Shown in pieces: positions 13,587 to 26,206 of a stretch of 64,000 nucleotides of DNA (positions are counted from its first letter, which is position 1; the number at the start of each line of letters is the position of its first letter). The DNA lies in the NCBI GenBank assembly GCA_964016885.1, contig OZ024746.1:49290001-49354000 (forward strand), given 5' to 3'. The notes beneath the pieces are model-generated. The model made no database searches. It saw nothing but the letters and a program-made list of their open reading frames with translations, and was not told the origin of the DNA. Source of the stretch: Eledone cirrhosa (Eukaryota). Position numbers and translations under genes: made by a program.

Positions 13587-13959
13587 CCAAACATTTTCCT
13601 GGTGTTTTATGTCTAATATCATATACCTGCAGATCTGTATAGACATTAAGAACCGGTATTTACAAATGTAAGGTAATTGCTGGACTTTTTGCTTATCTTA
13701 CGCCTCTTAGGTCTATATATATCTACGCGTCGTCTTGGATACCTTTGTCTAGGTAATATTAACTGATGTCTATGCTCTGACCGGTTCTTCAGGCAACTAT
13801 TTTGTCGTCGAACGATTACTAGACAATATGATCGATATTATGTATTGTGTATTGATAAAGTACCAGTAATGAACTGGGTAATTGCTGGCATTGTGCCAAT
13901 AGTAGAAACAATTATTTATTGTGTATTGATCAAAATTATTCATATATATATATATATCT

Positions 13960-14057
<98 letters not shown>

Positions 14058-14164
14058 ATACTTTGGGACGGTCATGTTGCCAATAAGAAACACACGTAGA
14101 TGATATAAACATCGTAGTTAAGACACCCCCACTAGAGAACAGTCAGGAACTAGAGAAAAACACA

Positions 14165-15223
14165 ATGGAAAGCATCCAACAAATAGCAAACTCCATCCAC
14201 CAGAGCATTAGAGTTACTATAGACTACCCAAGTAAACACCGCAACCATCGATTACCTGTACTAGACACAGAGCTCTGGTTAGATACCATTAACAACAAAA
14301 AACAAATCCTCCATTCCCATTATGCCAAACCCATGACTTCCAAACATCTGATCCACCGAAACTCGGCTGTTTCGGACCATACCAAAATCAACATACTGAT
14401 TGCGGATTTGGTACGGGTGATGAGAAATGTGTCCCGCATGTGCAACCCCGAAGAACTAGAGAGACACATACAACACTTCATCCACCGTATGCAGTTCTCT
14501 GGCTACAATCAGAGAGATAAAATCAGAGTGTATAGAGGAGCCAGTACCAAATGGGAAAAAATGGTAAATAATGACATAAATGGGACCTGCCCCTTGTATA
14601 GGAGCAAATTTTGGAATAGAATAGAAAGAACTAGGAACAAGGCTAATAGAATAAACTCATGGTATGATAGCAATAAATACCAGAGTGTAATGTTCATCGA
14701 TACAACCCCTAGAGGTGAATTAGCTTACAAATTTAGAAGGGCCCTAAATAAACATAAACTCAATATTAAGATAGTAGAAAGACCAGGTACCTCCGTAAAA
14801 ACACTTATTAGCAAGACATACCCTTTTCAAAGACCCTCATGTATAGATAAGAAATGTATAACCTGTAAAATAAGCCCCCATATTAACTGTAAAACTAGAA
14901 ATGTAGTGTATAGCATAAGATGTACTGAAGGACAATGTAGAGACAAAAATATAGTGTACATAGGTGAGACAGCTCGTAGTGTAGCGGAACGGATAAATGA
15001 ACACTGGCGAGACCTTCAAGATAATAAAGAATCATCTGTACTCTACCAACATGCTAAAATAGAACACAAGGGTAAATTAGAGAACATAGAAATAAAAATA
15101 GAATCTACACACAGAAAAGACGCAATGTTTAGACAAATCACAGAGGCAATAAACATAAAAGAATTACAACCAAAATTAAATAGAAAATATGAGTGGAACA
15201 GCAACATCACAACTTACAATTAA
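14165..15223 (+). CDS. PLE polyprotein C-terminal part: RT thumb, Cys linker, GIY-YIG endonuclease (uninterrupted, N-terminally truncated)
   Basis: LPVLDTELW, HYAKPMTSK, CIDKKCITC...CKTRNVVYSIRC...YIGETARSVAERINEH, HAKIEH, RQITEAINIKELQPKLN. Confidence 0.85.
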   Translation: MESIQQIANSIHQSIRVTIDYPSKHRNHRLPVLDTELWLDTINNKKQILHSHYAKPMTSKHLIHRNSAVSDHTKINILIADLVRVMRNVSRMCNPEELERHIQHFIHRMQFSGYNQRDKIRVYRGASTKWEKMVNNDINGTCPLYRSKFWNRIERTRNKANRINSWYDSNKYQSVMFIDTTPRGELAYKFRRALNKHKLNIKIVERPGTSVKTLISKTYPFQRPSCIDKKCITCKISPHINCKTRNVVYSIRCTEGQCRDKNIVYIGETARSVAERINEHWRDLQDNKESSVLYQHAKIEHKGKLENIEIKIESTHRKDAMFRQITEAINIKELQPKLNRKYEWNSNITTYN

Positions 15224-15425
15224 GGACAAAATGAAAACACACACACACATAGAACAAACAACCAACCAGTAACATGTAAATAAACAAATAAATAAATGAA
15301 CATAAACACACACAGACACCCGGATGTGGCGCATGCGCAGACTGAGCACACAACACACACACACAGAGACAAAATGGCGTAGGACAGAACAAAGGAGAGG
15401 CACAGAAACAAAGAAAGGAATCCCC

Positions 15426-15470
15426 AGTCACTGAAGAGGTCACAGAGTGTGTGACGAAAGAACTATGACT
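15426..15470 (+). ncRNA. Minimal type I hammerhead ribozyme in PLE pLTR
   Basis: agtca-CTGAAGA-g-gtcac-agagtgt-gtgac-GAAA-gaac-TA-tgact, with perfect stems I and II. Confidence 0.9.
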
Positions 15471-15680
15471 ATATATAAACAACTATCTGATTGTGGAACC
15501 AACCAACCAACCAGAAATTTATAAATTTATAAATTTATTATAAATTTATTATAATAAATTGAAGTGAAAGCAACTGGTGCGTGTGTTTCTTATTGGCAAC
15601 ATGACCCTCCCAAAGTATAACAATATCGGTTTCAACACACGATTTCAGATAAAGAATCTTGCTAAACAAATTCAGAAACG

Positions 15681-15751
<71 letters not shown>

Positions 15752-16298
15752 CATAAATTATCGAGATTCGCATTTCGGCCCACGAAATAACGAAAAACAA
15801 CCTCCGGGATGTGCGGCAAGTGCTCAATGATTCAGATGAACCAGAGCTATAACAAACGTTAAAGGCCAAACCCACTGAGACGATGGTTAAACAATCATTC
15901 GCATAGCCAAAAAAAAACGATGAAGTAATTCGGGTATTGAAAATTTAGCCGGACCCCTGGAAGGTTGGTAAAATCCAGTATATGGATTTCTGCGGCTCCT
16001 AAATCAAGTACCGTCCGCTTACATAAATAATGTCAGGCTTCTGATCAGATGATTGAACAAGGAAGCCACTTTCTCAAAATTATTCATATATATATCTACA
16101 TATATATATATGTAGATATATATATATATGAATAATTTTTATCAATACACAATAAATAATTGTTTCTACTTTTGGCACAAGGCCAGCAATTTCCCAGTGT
16201 ATTACTGGTACTTTATTTTATATATATATATATATTTTGTCGTCGAACGATTACTAGACAATATGATCGATATTATTTATTGTGTATTGGCAGTGAAT

Positions 16299-16490
16299 GG
16301 CGGTGAATTGGCAGTATCGGTAGAGGGTCGGACGCCATGCTTTGACGCATAGAGTTACGGCCCTTGCCATTCTGAGTTCAAATCCCGCCGAGGTTAACTT
16401 TGCCTTTCATCCTTACGGGGTCGATAAAATAAAGTACCAGTAATACACTGGGAAATTGCTGGCCTTGTGCCAAAAGTAGAAACAATTATT
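16299..16490 (+). mobile_element. Full-length tRNA-derived SINE
   Basis: ggcggtgaattggcagtatcgg...gagttcaaatcccgcc...agaaacaattatt. tattgtgtattg occurs on both sides. Confidence 0.9.
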
Positions 16491-16787
16491 TATTGTGTAT
16501 TGATAAAAATTATTCATATATATATATATATATATATATACGTACATATACATATATATATATGTATATATATATAATTTCAGCGAGATCGTATTTCGGC
16601 GGTGGCCAAAAACAAAACGAAACGCAATCTTCGATATATGCGGCAAGCGCTCAATGAACTAATAAAAGACCAGAGTAATTAACATACGTTATAGAGGCCA
16701 GACAAAATGAAAACAGTGGTCGTGAAGCCATCAGCCAACGGAGCCAAAAAAAAACGAAGCAAGCTAAACAGGTTAACAATATATATA

Positions 16788-17695
16788 AGTTTCGTGAAAT
16801 ACTCTTTTTAAGACTATATAGAACATTTGTAGTTTTTCCAGATTGAAGGATGAGTATTTAAGCTTTATTTTATTCTGAGTTAAGACTATTGATTTTTTCC
16901 CTGGATTTCACAAAATCTGTGAATAAAATCTGTCTTGATTTTTTTTTAATTGAGTTTGAATTATTTTCCCATATCTTACGTTAATTATTTTCCATTTTAA
17001 CGTTATAGTCACATATATTATGAAATACTGTTGGCTTCTTGTTCACAATAATTTCTATATTTTCATTTATATTTATACTCGGAATTTTTCCTAGAGTGCT
17101 TAAAATTATTTGTGACTAATCCCGGTCTTTTTTTAAAAAGACCGCGATAATATTGCTATTTTGCTGAACTCCTTATATTTTGTAGTGTTTTTCGGAATGT
17201 TTTTGACTACTGTTTCTTGTAAACAGACATTCGTCTCATTCTGACGTCACCAGCCATGTCTCTCCATGTGTGTTTATTTTTATAATTCCGCACGAGGTGA
17301 ACTAGCCTGCTTTTAAATTCCCTTTTTGGCATATTTTGGCAGTGCCTTAGGGTTATCGTGTTTGAGCTCTACTGAGGAACGGTTCAAACCGTGACCATCC
17401 CCACTGAAATGTTTCGTGAAATAGTCTGTTTAAGACTAAATAGAGCATTTGTAGTTTTTCCAAATTGAAGGATGAGTATTTAAGCTTTATTTTATTCTGA
17501 GTTAAGACTCTATTGGTTTTTTCCCTGGATTTCACAAAATCTGTGGATAAAATCTGTCTTGATTTTTTTTTAATTGAGTTTGAATTATTTTCCTATATCT
17601 TACGTTAATTATTTTCCATTTTGACGTTATAGTCACTTATATATTACGAAATACTGTTGGATTCTTGCTCACAATAATTTCTACATTTTCATTTA
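16788..17695 (+). mobile_element. Diverged ~1.45-mer of the ~625-bp hammerhead repeat, in a different circular permutation
   Basis: gtttcgtgaaat recurs ~622 bp apart (16789 and 17411). Partial HHR 3' half at 16796-16824 and full HHR at 17366-17446. Confidence 0.85.
17366..17446 (+). ncRNA. Type I hammerhead of the 625-bp repeat with covarying stem I and mutated cleavage site
   Basis: gctcta-CTGAGGA-acg...cgt-GAAA-tagtc-tgtttaa-gacta-AA-tagagc. The stem I G-C pair is replaced by A-T, and U16.1 is mutated to A. Confidence 0.7.
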
Positions 17696-17731
17696 AATAT
17701 ATATATTATGTATGTATGTATATATGTATGA

Positions 17732-17950
17732 GTGTGGAAAAATTTGTTTGAGAAAATCTGGTCTCAGGAGCTTAAGACAGTCGCCACAGGAGCCACAGAT
17801 CACCACGGTATTGTGAGGGTTCACAGGCAACCTGATGCAAGACCTCAGGCCAAGGAGTTGCATAGTTGTCGTCAGTGTGCGAAGGAGTGCAAGTCTCTAG
17901 CAGGCTTGAAAAGCCATATCCGAGCGTCACACGTCTGCGATTGCAATGTT
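17732..17950 (+). mobile_element. RTE-like LINE 3' fragment with C2H2 zinc finger
   Basis: CRQCAKECKSLAGLKSHIRASH, homologous to the fingers in 48982-49488. Confidence 0.65.
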
Positions 17951-18608
17951 CTTAGCAGAGTTTGCAGCCATCATGTATATATGCATGTATATTTAAGCTG
18001 CTTAAATATTTAATTAAACAACTATGTAAAAGTGTTATATGTAAGTATATCTACATGGACAAGAGAAGAGTCAACAATCTAACATCAGGTTCGAATGTAG
18101 TTGCAAATAACTTCAGATATTCTGTGTGCTGTTTCATTCAACAGAGCTTTACATAAACCAGACACATTTTCGCAGATATTAATTTGTTTACTTATACATT
18201 TTCGCAGCTTTGGTTAATTCCTGTAGTGTACGTCAACTGATGTATATTTATAGAAAACTTCATCTACTCAGCGTACAAATTATATATATTTGTGTATGTG
18301 GGCATGTGTGTGCGTGTATGAGTGTGTCCTGCTTGTGTGTTTGTGTGCGCATGTTTATATGATTATATTTAACGTTATACAAGGCTCGATGTCAAAATAA
18401 ACCTCTTTCTCCTTTTCCGCCTACACTTTCTCTTCTCTCTCTCCTTCTCTCTCTTTCTCCCCCCTCCTCTATCTCTCTCTCTCACTCACACACACACATA
18501 CACACACACACATGCAGAACGGACCGAAGTACGGCATGACTTGTTTCGCCTGGTCATTGCTGTTTATTCATATATGTATCTATCCATCTATCTATCTATT
18601 TCTATATC

Positions 18609-18707
<99 letters not shown>

Positions 18708-18709
18708 TT

Positions 18710-19679
18710 TCTTTTTATTTTCCACCAGGGCATCAAAAGTGGGACAAGTACAAAGGGGGGAGTTTACATGTAAAGGCGTCTTCAATATGGAGGAGGCAAT
18801 AACAAGATATAAAAGTATAAAAATAAAATAAAATATAACAAAATAAATTTTGTAACAAAATCCTCAATAGGGAAGAGGCGCCTTGGGGGGTCGCACACAC
18901 CCCCGAAAAAAAGTGTGCAACCCTTCTCCTCAGGAGTACAGAGAGGGGTGCTCCCTTGGTCTTTCATCTTCCTCACCTATAGTCTGATGTAGAGTGAAGG
19001 CCCATTCACACGGGCCATTCTCGCTACTTTCACCCATCTTTCATAAAAACGGCTGGGGTGCAGCACCTCTCTCTCCATCCTGATCCTTCTTCCGAAATGA
19101 TATCGGAAGAAACGGACCAGTTGTTGGCCAGAGAGAAAGGTGTCTGACCTCAGTCCTTTCAGACGCGTCCACCATGCAACCTCTTTCGCCATGGCTATTA
19201 CGCACAGAAACACCGCCTCTCCTTCGTTTTTGAAGAGGGGAGGCGGCTTGATCGTTACAATAGACTCGGTGGTCAACCGGATCGGTCCCACCCTTGACAG
19301 CAGTTGTTCGACATAACCCCACAGATCGTCAATGCCCGAGCAGTGTACCAAAGCGTGTGCAACGGTTTCCTCGTCGCACACGCATCTGGGACAGATCTTT
19401 TTCGAGGGGTCCCTACCCGGGCGCCCGTATCTGTAGAGCCTTTCTCGAACAGGCAGAGCCCCTCGGTAGCACTGCCAGGCCAAGGACCTCTGGAAGTTAT
19501 CCATGGGTCCCGGGCTGAATGTCCTACCGAACAGGTTGTCCAGTTCCTCTTCCTCCATGCCTAGGGCTTCTCCGGGGGCGTCGTCGCACCTGCTAACCAC
19601 CAGCCCTCTATAGAATGACGAGGTGGATTCTCCACTGACAGCCGGGTCCGCCTGCCAGAGAGCCGTGAGCGCCTGGCAC

Positions 19680-19680
<1 letters not shown>
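18710..19680 (-). mobile_element. L1/Tx1-like LINE 3' fragment (C-terminal CCHC/zf-RVT region + 3' UTR)
   Basis: ORF 18977-19600: [16 protein letters not shown]...[20 protein letters not shown]-rich; its 5' end abuts (GATA)n. Confidence 0.85.
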
Positions 19681-19767
<87 letters not shown>

Positions 19768-19772
19768 TTCCT

Positions 19773-19823
<51 letters not shown>

Positions 19824-19831
19824 TATTTCCT

Positions 19832-19922
<91 letters not shown>
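19680..19922. repeat. (GATA)n microsatellite
   Basis: Direct inspection. Confidence 0.95.
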
Positions 19923-22083
19923 TCATTACTGCATTAGGGCTTGATGAACACAACCACAAGGATATGGTCCGAAGGTGGAAGAGCCGAACTCCCACTGTCA
20001 TCGCCTCCATCTCTCTCTCCCTCCCCATTTCTCCGTATGGTGAGCAAATGGGGTCCCACGTGCTGGCCTCCCCACAGCCCTGGCGGACAGAATGTAGAAC
20101 ACATATCAAATTATAAAATAAGAGGAAATAATAGACAAAATACACCTATTTTTTCTTCAAAGTCCCGACTGTACAGTTTTGCTGATCCATATGCAACAAT
20201 TGTACATTATAGATATGCACCATCGTTATGAGGCCAATCAGTTGTCAAGGAACACCTCAGAGAAAAGGACTGTTCTCTAGACACGTTTGTAGCAAGTGAG
20301 AAAATCTCTATAGGTACTCGCATACATGTGAAAAAAAAAAATATATATATATATATGTGTATCTGTGAATCTTATTATTATACATATATATGTTCAGAGT
20401 CCAAATCCCGCCAAGGTTAGTTTTGCCTTTTATCCTTACGGGGTCGCTAGAATAAAGTACCAGTAATACACTGGGTAATTTGCTGGCCTTGTGCCAAAAG
20501 TATAAACAATTATTATACATATATATATATATATATATACATACATAGGAGAAAGTATGACCCCCGACGGCAGAGCTCAAGCCGTTTCGACAGACCCCAA
20601 GTATTGAGTACTCTGGTGCGTTATGGTCCATCTGGTTCCTTACCACATTTCCTTCGTCATATATATATATATTCTCACACCCTATCTTCCTATTTCATCA
20701 CTTATTTCTCATTCTATATTCTGGTGAAGGAATAACGTCCGGAATATAAAGACTCTTTTCTCACTATATCAAGCGTTAAACTAATATATTTGGTCATTGT
20801 ATCGTGTTGTTTGCTTTGTTGTTTCCGTTTAATAATTGCATATATATATATTTGTGTGTTTGTGTGTATAAACATATTATACACATACACATATATATAT
20901 GTGTGTGGGGGGGGGCGTGTGTGTGTGTGTGTGCATGCGTGAATGTACGTATATATTTATAGTGAAATATCGAATCTATATTATCTTACCATTGTATATT
21001 TGACATTTCATTTCGATCTAACAGAAAAGAAGTTCCCTAATTGTGTTCGGACTTTTTTAAATTGTATTCCTTTCATATGTCATGCCAAAGAAAACCAATT
21101 ATTGTTGCTATGTTTCACAATCAGAATGTCATCCTTTGTTCAGTATAGTAAATAGGCAGACATTGTTTATTGATATATCTTGTAATAAACATAGTTGGTA
21201 TCATTAATATAACGGTGGTGTGCCTGTTAATAGGTGGAGAGTTAGATATATGCTTTACGAATATTTAGTTATGTCCCCCAAATAAGGATTTGTCCAAATC
21301 CTGCAGCAGTTGACTTTGTCTTTCATCCTTCCGAGCATCAATCAATGATGTAAAAATAATCGACTTATTTTTACTCCCATCATTTCTGGCTCAGGGTCTA
21401 GATTTTGAAACCGTTATATCAACAATGTGCGGGTAGACAGAAAGAATTGCTGGATTTGTCGAGCCATAGATAAATTGTCTTAACATTATTTATTTAAGGC
21501 TCTTTACCTTACTTGTCCAAACCCAAAGTCGATGAAATAGAGTACCAATTAACTTATAATTAACGCTCACATCGATATTTGTGGCATTGTAACCCTGTTT
21601 TTAGGCGGCGAATTGGCAGAGCCATTCGAACGTCGGACAGAATATTTTGCAGTATTCGTTTCGGCTCTTTGAGTTCAAATCGCATCAAGGTCAACTTTTC
21701 CTTTCTTCCATTCTCGGTCGATAAAAAAGTACCAGTCAGTTACTGGTGTAGATTCTTCCTCTATGTCTTTTTCTCACTTACATTCGCTCACTCTCTATCC
21801 TTATCTAGAAGAAATCTACTGTACTCAGATATGGACAGGATTGGTCTCTGCCAGGTTTCAAAATGCCCAACAAACGCCGCATGTCAATGGAGCGCCCCTA
21901 TGACTCCTTCAAGTATTAAGGGACTATGCATGCAACTCTGTTTTTATTTCTCTACGTTCTTATATTTTCTGAGTTCAACTCTCGCCGTTTTCAACAACTG
22001 GCTTTGATATATTCGTCTCTTCTTTCTCTTCAAATAACTGACCTTGTATCAATGTAAGATGTTATTATTACTAAAAACCATAA

Positions 22084-22275
22084 GGGCGGTGGATTGGCAG
22101 TATGGTAGAGGGTCGGACGCCATGCTTTGACGCATAGAGTTACGGCCCTTGCCATTCTGAGTTCAAATCCCGCCGAGGTTAACTTTGCCTTTCATCCTTA
22201 TGGGGTCGATAAAATAAAGTACCAGTAATACACTGGTTAATTGCTGGCCTTGTGCCTATATAAGAAACCATTATT
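22084..22275 (+). mobile_element. Full-length tRNA-derived SINE (older or partial relatives at ~20390-20512, 21603-21750, 30752-30950, 51590-51890)
   Basis: A and B boxes plus the same body as 16299-16490. Confidence 0.9.
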
Positions 22276-22907
22276 TCTAAAAAACATGTAATAGATTGAT
22301 AGAAAAGATGGAACGTTGAACAAAATGCCTTGCGATTATTTTATTCCTATTTGTTTTTATACGTACAAGTGAAGTCCCAGGATCGATATAATCGACAACT
22401 CTTTCATCGCAAATGTGTGACTAGGTGCCTATATAAGTATAAGTTTTAATGGCGAAGTTTAACAGTATTCGTAGATCACCGAACAAAAACAATTGCTGCA
22501 TTGAATTTTGCTTTCTTGTGTCCTGCGTTAAAATCTCACCGAAGTAGATTTTGCATTTAACTCTGCGATCATCGATGAAATATTTATCAGTCATGTACAT
22601 AATCATCTACTATAATTGATAAAACAAATACCGGTAAAATACTCCAGTTGATATATTCAACTATACTTTATTGTAAAACTGCTAACGTGGGCATGTGTTA
22701 GAAAGCCATATAAAAATTTGATCGTTTTAAAAATCAAACATTTATTGCTTTAACATATGCCAGGCAAAAACCTACACTAAGCTGTTTTAAATGCTTCTCT
22801 GATTATTTTCATTGAAATGTCGAATTATATTAATAACAAATAACTTTCTGTTTAAAGTATACATACATATGCATGAATATACGTCTCTAATTCCCTCACT
22901 TTTACAG

Positions 22908-22952
22908 AATCGACTACGCTACACCAGTGGCTACCACCCTCTTCTCATCTAG
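22908..22952 (+). CDS. Candidate terminal host exon (NRLRYTSGYHPLLI*)
   Basis: Branch-like ctaat, a polypyrimidine tract and a ttttacag acceptor in non-repetitive sequence. No homology recognised. Confidence 0.2.
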   Translation, partial: NRLRYTSGYHPLLI

Positions 22953-24683
22953 CATACTCGCTAAAAAAACGACCCCCCCCCCCAAAAAAAAAAAGACCAG
23001 AAAAAACATGGCATGTGTCAGCAGATTGATGTGATGTTCGTTTAACTAATGGCCTTTAATGTTATCATCTAAGTATCATTCAAATACTTGAGTCTCAGTA
23101 ATCGCTTTTGCCCCTCCCCTTTCGTCATAATGTGTAATTATGACGATTTACTTTCATCAACAACAATATCATTTCCATCAGTAGTTGTTTATTTCAGGAG
23201 AAACCACTATCACCCAAATCTAGGTTAAAAACAGCAGTCCATTCATGACTATTTCAACAATTAGATGGATTTGAGGGACATTTGCACACCATCTCTAGCA
23301 TGAGGAGCTACTACATAGAAGATAAATCATGGTTGATCAATTCAACATGGAGACATTATTCGAATAAGGGTTATCTTGTTCCCCGTGATAACCTTCAGGC
23401 CCTTAGGACAACATTTTTCAATGTGTCTTAGAGTGTGATTTTGAGATAGATGTGGCTGCTATTTCTAACATTTCAGCATACCCGTTAGTATCTCTATCCC
23501 GTGGTTTCTCATTCTTTGTTGTCATTAGAGGAAGAAACAAACTGATTCATTCGACGTGGATGTTTGTATTATTCGTCCTAAATGTATATTTTTGGTTTTA
23601 TTTCTTTAGCACCAGGTCAGCCTAGTAGTTACGGTGTTGGGCTTATCCTCACAGGTTCATCGATCCGATTCCTGGTCAGAATGGAGCGTTATATTCTTGA
23701 GAAGGGCACTTTATTTCACGTTACTGCGACAGATTATGCCGAGCTGTATTCGTAGTTTGTCTTTCTCTAGGACAACATCGACGGTGTGTGTGGAAAGAAG
23801 CAACTTGCATCCATGGGTAATTGCTAGTCTTTCCTAAAAACACCTTGTCCAGGTTTGCTCTATTTAGAGTAACTTCCCAGATGGAAACCCATAATTAGCC
23901 CGATCCAACACACCTGTAATCAAATGTATTCCATCCATGATTATCGTGTTTTGGGAGAGGGTTATCTGAGACTTTATTGTCTAGGAAAATGGAGTGTAAT
24001 TTGATGGAGAGTGTGTTGGTATCTTTATCAGAGGAAGCAGTTATGCAAAGATGACATTTATGACACGTAGTAGAGTTAAACTAGTTGTAAGTACATTTTG
24101 AAGGCAATACAACATATATGTAAATCGATATCGATATATATTATACATTAAAGTTTCTAGGCAAGCATTTTGAAGTGGTCGCAGTTATTTCCATGAGATA
24201 AAATGATATTAGCTGTCAGTTTCGAGTTGCAAAACAGTTAGACATGTTTAATATATCTTTTGGTATTTGGGTGGAGGTTTATATATCATTGCTTTCATCC
24301 TGTCTGCACCAAACTATTTTATAGGCGAGTATATTTGGTTAGTGTTAGAAACTGAATCACTAAGTAATAGAAGCAATGACGGTAACAGCAGCAGCAGAAG
24401 AAGAAGAAGAAGAAGAAGAAGAAGAAGAAGAAGAAGAAGAAGAAGAAGAAGAAGAAGAAGAAGAAGAAGAAGAAGAAAGAAAGAAGCAATGTACTATCTT
24501 TGAGTTTTGATCAAAAGATGGTGTCTGTTTTTGATACGATTGTTTCTGAAAGTTTTCAAGAGTAAAATGTCATCGAAGAACAAATGTTTAGTGGTTTGTG
24601 AATCAATTAAACGTACGAGTTATGTCAGTAATATTTCATCTTCACTACATTTCACACACACACACATACACACACACACACAC

Positions 24684-24728
<45 letters not shown>

Positions 24729-24732
<4 letters not shown>

Positions 24733-24901
24733 ATATTTCCCGGCGTTGAAGACGCTACTATTTTCCTGAAATAAGTCTCAAAAATCTACCATGCGTCCTG
24801 GAGGCCGAAGGTTGTTCATTATTTTTTTTTCAAATTTTGTGTTGTCAAAATTAGGGTGCCTCCTCGAGAACGGAGCGTCTTCGGCGCTGGGAAATACGGT
24901 A
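24729..24901. mobile_element. pogo/Tc1-type MITE
   Basis: ~28-bp TIRs taccatatttcccggcgttgaagacgct / agcgtcttcggcgctgggaaatacggta, in a TA context. Confidence 0.8.
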
Positions 24902-25075
24902 TATATATGTGTGTGTGTGTGTGTGTGTCCTGGATTCAATCGGGGGTAACCACAGTAAGTAAGGTATTCAACACATAAAGAGTATAAACGTTTAATATAG
25001 AAATGGCGTCTAGAGGACTAAAACTTTTTCATTCGAAGGAAATCATCAGGAACATCATATCCATTCATATATACA

Positions 25076-25116
<41 letters not shown>

Positions 25117-25358
25117 GAGGATTTTTTTTTTAAAACAGATATCCTACATGGGTGAAAGTATAAAGAAAAGAAATCGAAAATGCAACTGGAGTCTTTTTAA
25201 GAATATTTATTTATTTATTTTCTTTTATATATTCATATATATATATATATGAGAGAGAAGGGGGAGGAGCTTCTGTGGTGGTGAGACTGGGTAGACCACT
25301 AATCATTAGAGTACTTAATGCATGGGGAGATACAGAATGGGTATAGCGATGTGTAAAT

Positions 25359-25415
25359 CCCGACCGCGGCGCCAAGGGGTTTCGGCTTCTTTATTCAGCA
25401 AGCCTTTATCAAGGG
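25359..25415 (-). ncRNA. Hammerhead ribozyme, U3-A8 core variant (UUGAUAA)
   Basis: Minus strand: ccc-TTGATAA-a-ggctt-gctgaataaag-aagcc-GAAA-cccc-ttggcgcc-gcgg-TC-ggg. Confidence 0.7.
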
Positions 25416-25630
25416 TAGAGTAATATTTGTACGGAACGAAAAAGTAGGTCACTGGTCTTGGTAGTGATTTGGTTGAATTTAGCATAGTAGTAAACTGGTG
25501 TCATGGAGAAAGTGGTGAAAGGCAGAGAATGGTAAGTGTATCCGCCATATACGCTGGTACGGACAGGACCTGCGTCTTGCCGTAGGGCCTTACTTTCGTT
25601 CGGCGTTGCAGCGGTGGGATGGAAGAGGCC

Positions 25631-25840
25631 CTAATCAGATTGCGCACAAGATGGCGGGACGTGATTAAAGAAGATCTCTAGGGGCTCGAGGTCACCTTCG
25701 AGGACACAGAGAGGCTGGTGCAAGACCGCCAGCGGTGGAGGGCACTGGTGGACCTGGTCGGCTCTACACTCGTGACTCCTAAAGGAACACTGACGAGGAT
25801 GACCCAAGTCCCATCGACAAGAGCAAGAGATGATGATTAT
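25631..25840 (+). mobile_element. RTE-like LINE extreme 3' fragment
   Basis: RTRWRDVIKEDL...AGQDRQRWRALVDLVGS followed by a short (gat)n tail. Confidence 0.6.
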
Positions 25841-26152
25841 TAGTACAACAAACATCAATTGAAAGGTTAAATATACCATTTGTAGAGTGATATAAATGAA
25901 TATAAAAATATAAATATCAAAGTGTAATTGTTGTCAAAATAATCATGTTTATACTGAGGCAGGAACATTCTACTGGAGACGTGTTTCTCTCATAAAATAT
26001 ATAAATTGTTAATTAATTCCTCGCTGTTCTGTCCCTGCCACGCCCAGTAGTTTAATATTACTATGTGATATGGAGGAAGTTTGGCTGCTATTTCTTACAG
26101 AATAATCGACCATATAAAAATAGGCTCCATTCAGCAATTATATACTACGTGA

Positions 26153-26200
<48 letters not shown>

Positions 26201-26206
<6 letters not shown>

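Larger units (their letters stand above)
14052..15626 (+). mobile_element. 5'-truncated Penelope-like element with short 5' inverted copy of its 3' end
   Basis: 14052-14096 is the reverse complement of 15580-15624. Contains an RT-thumb/GIY-YIG ORF and an HHR. Confidence 0.9.

Noticed and set aside
20212-20296. Possible plus-strand exon (ttatag...CAA|GTGAGA)
   Set aside because: Weak acceptor and no homology; cannot be supported from sequence alone.
20719-20755. Hammerhead-like ctggtga-aggaataacgtcc-ggaa
   Set aside because: Both core segments are mutated; at most a decayed relic.
25016-25052. Minus-strand CTGATGA...GAAA motif
   Set aside because: Stems I and II are weak or mismatched, so it is not counted as an intact ribozyme.
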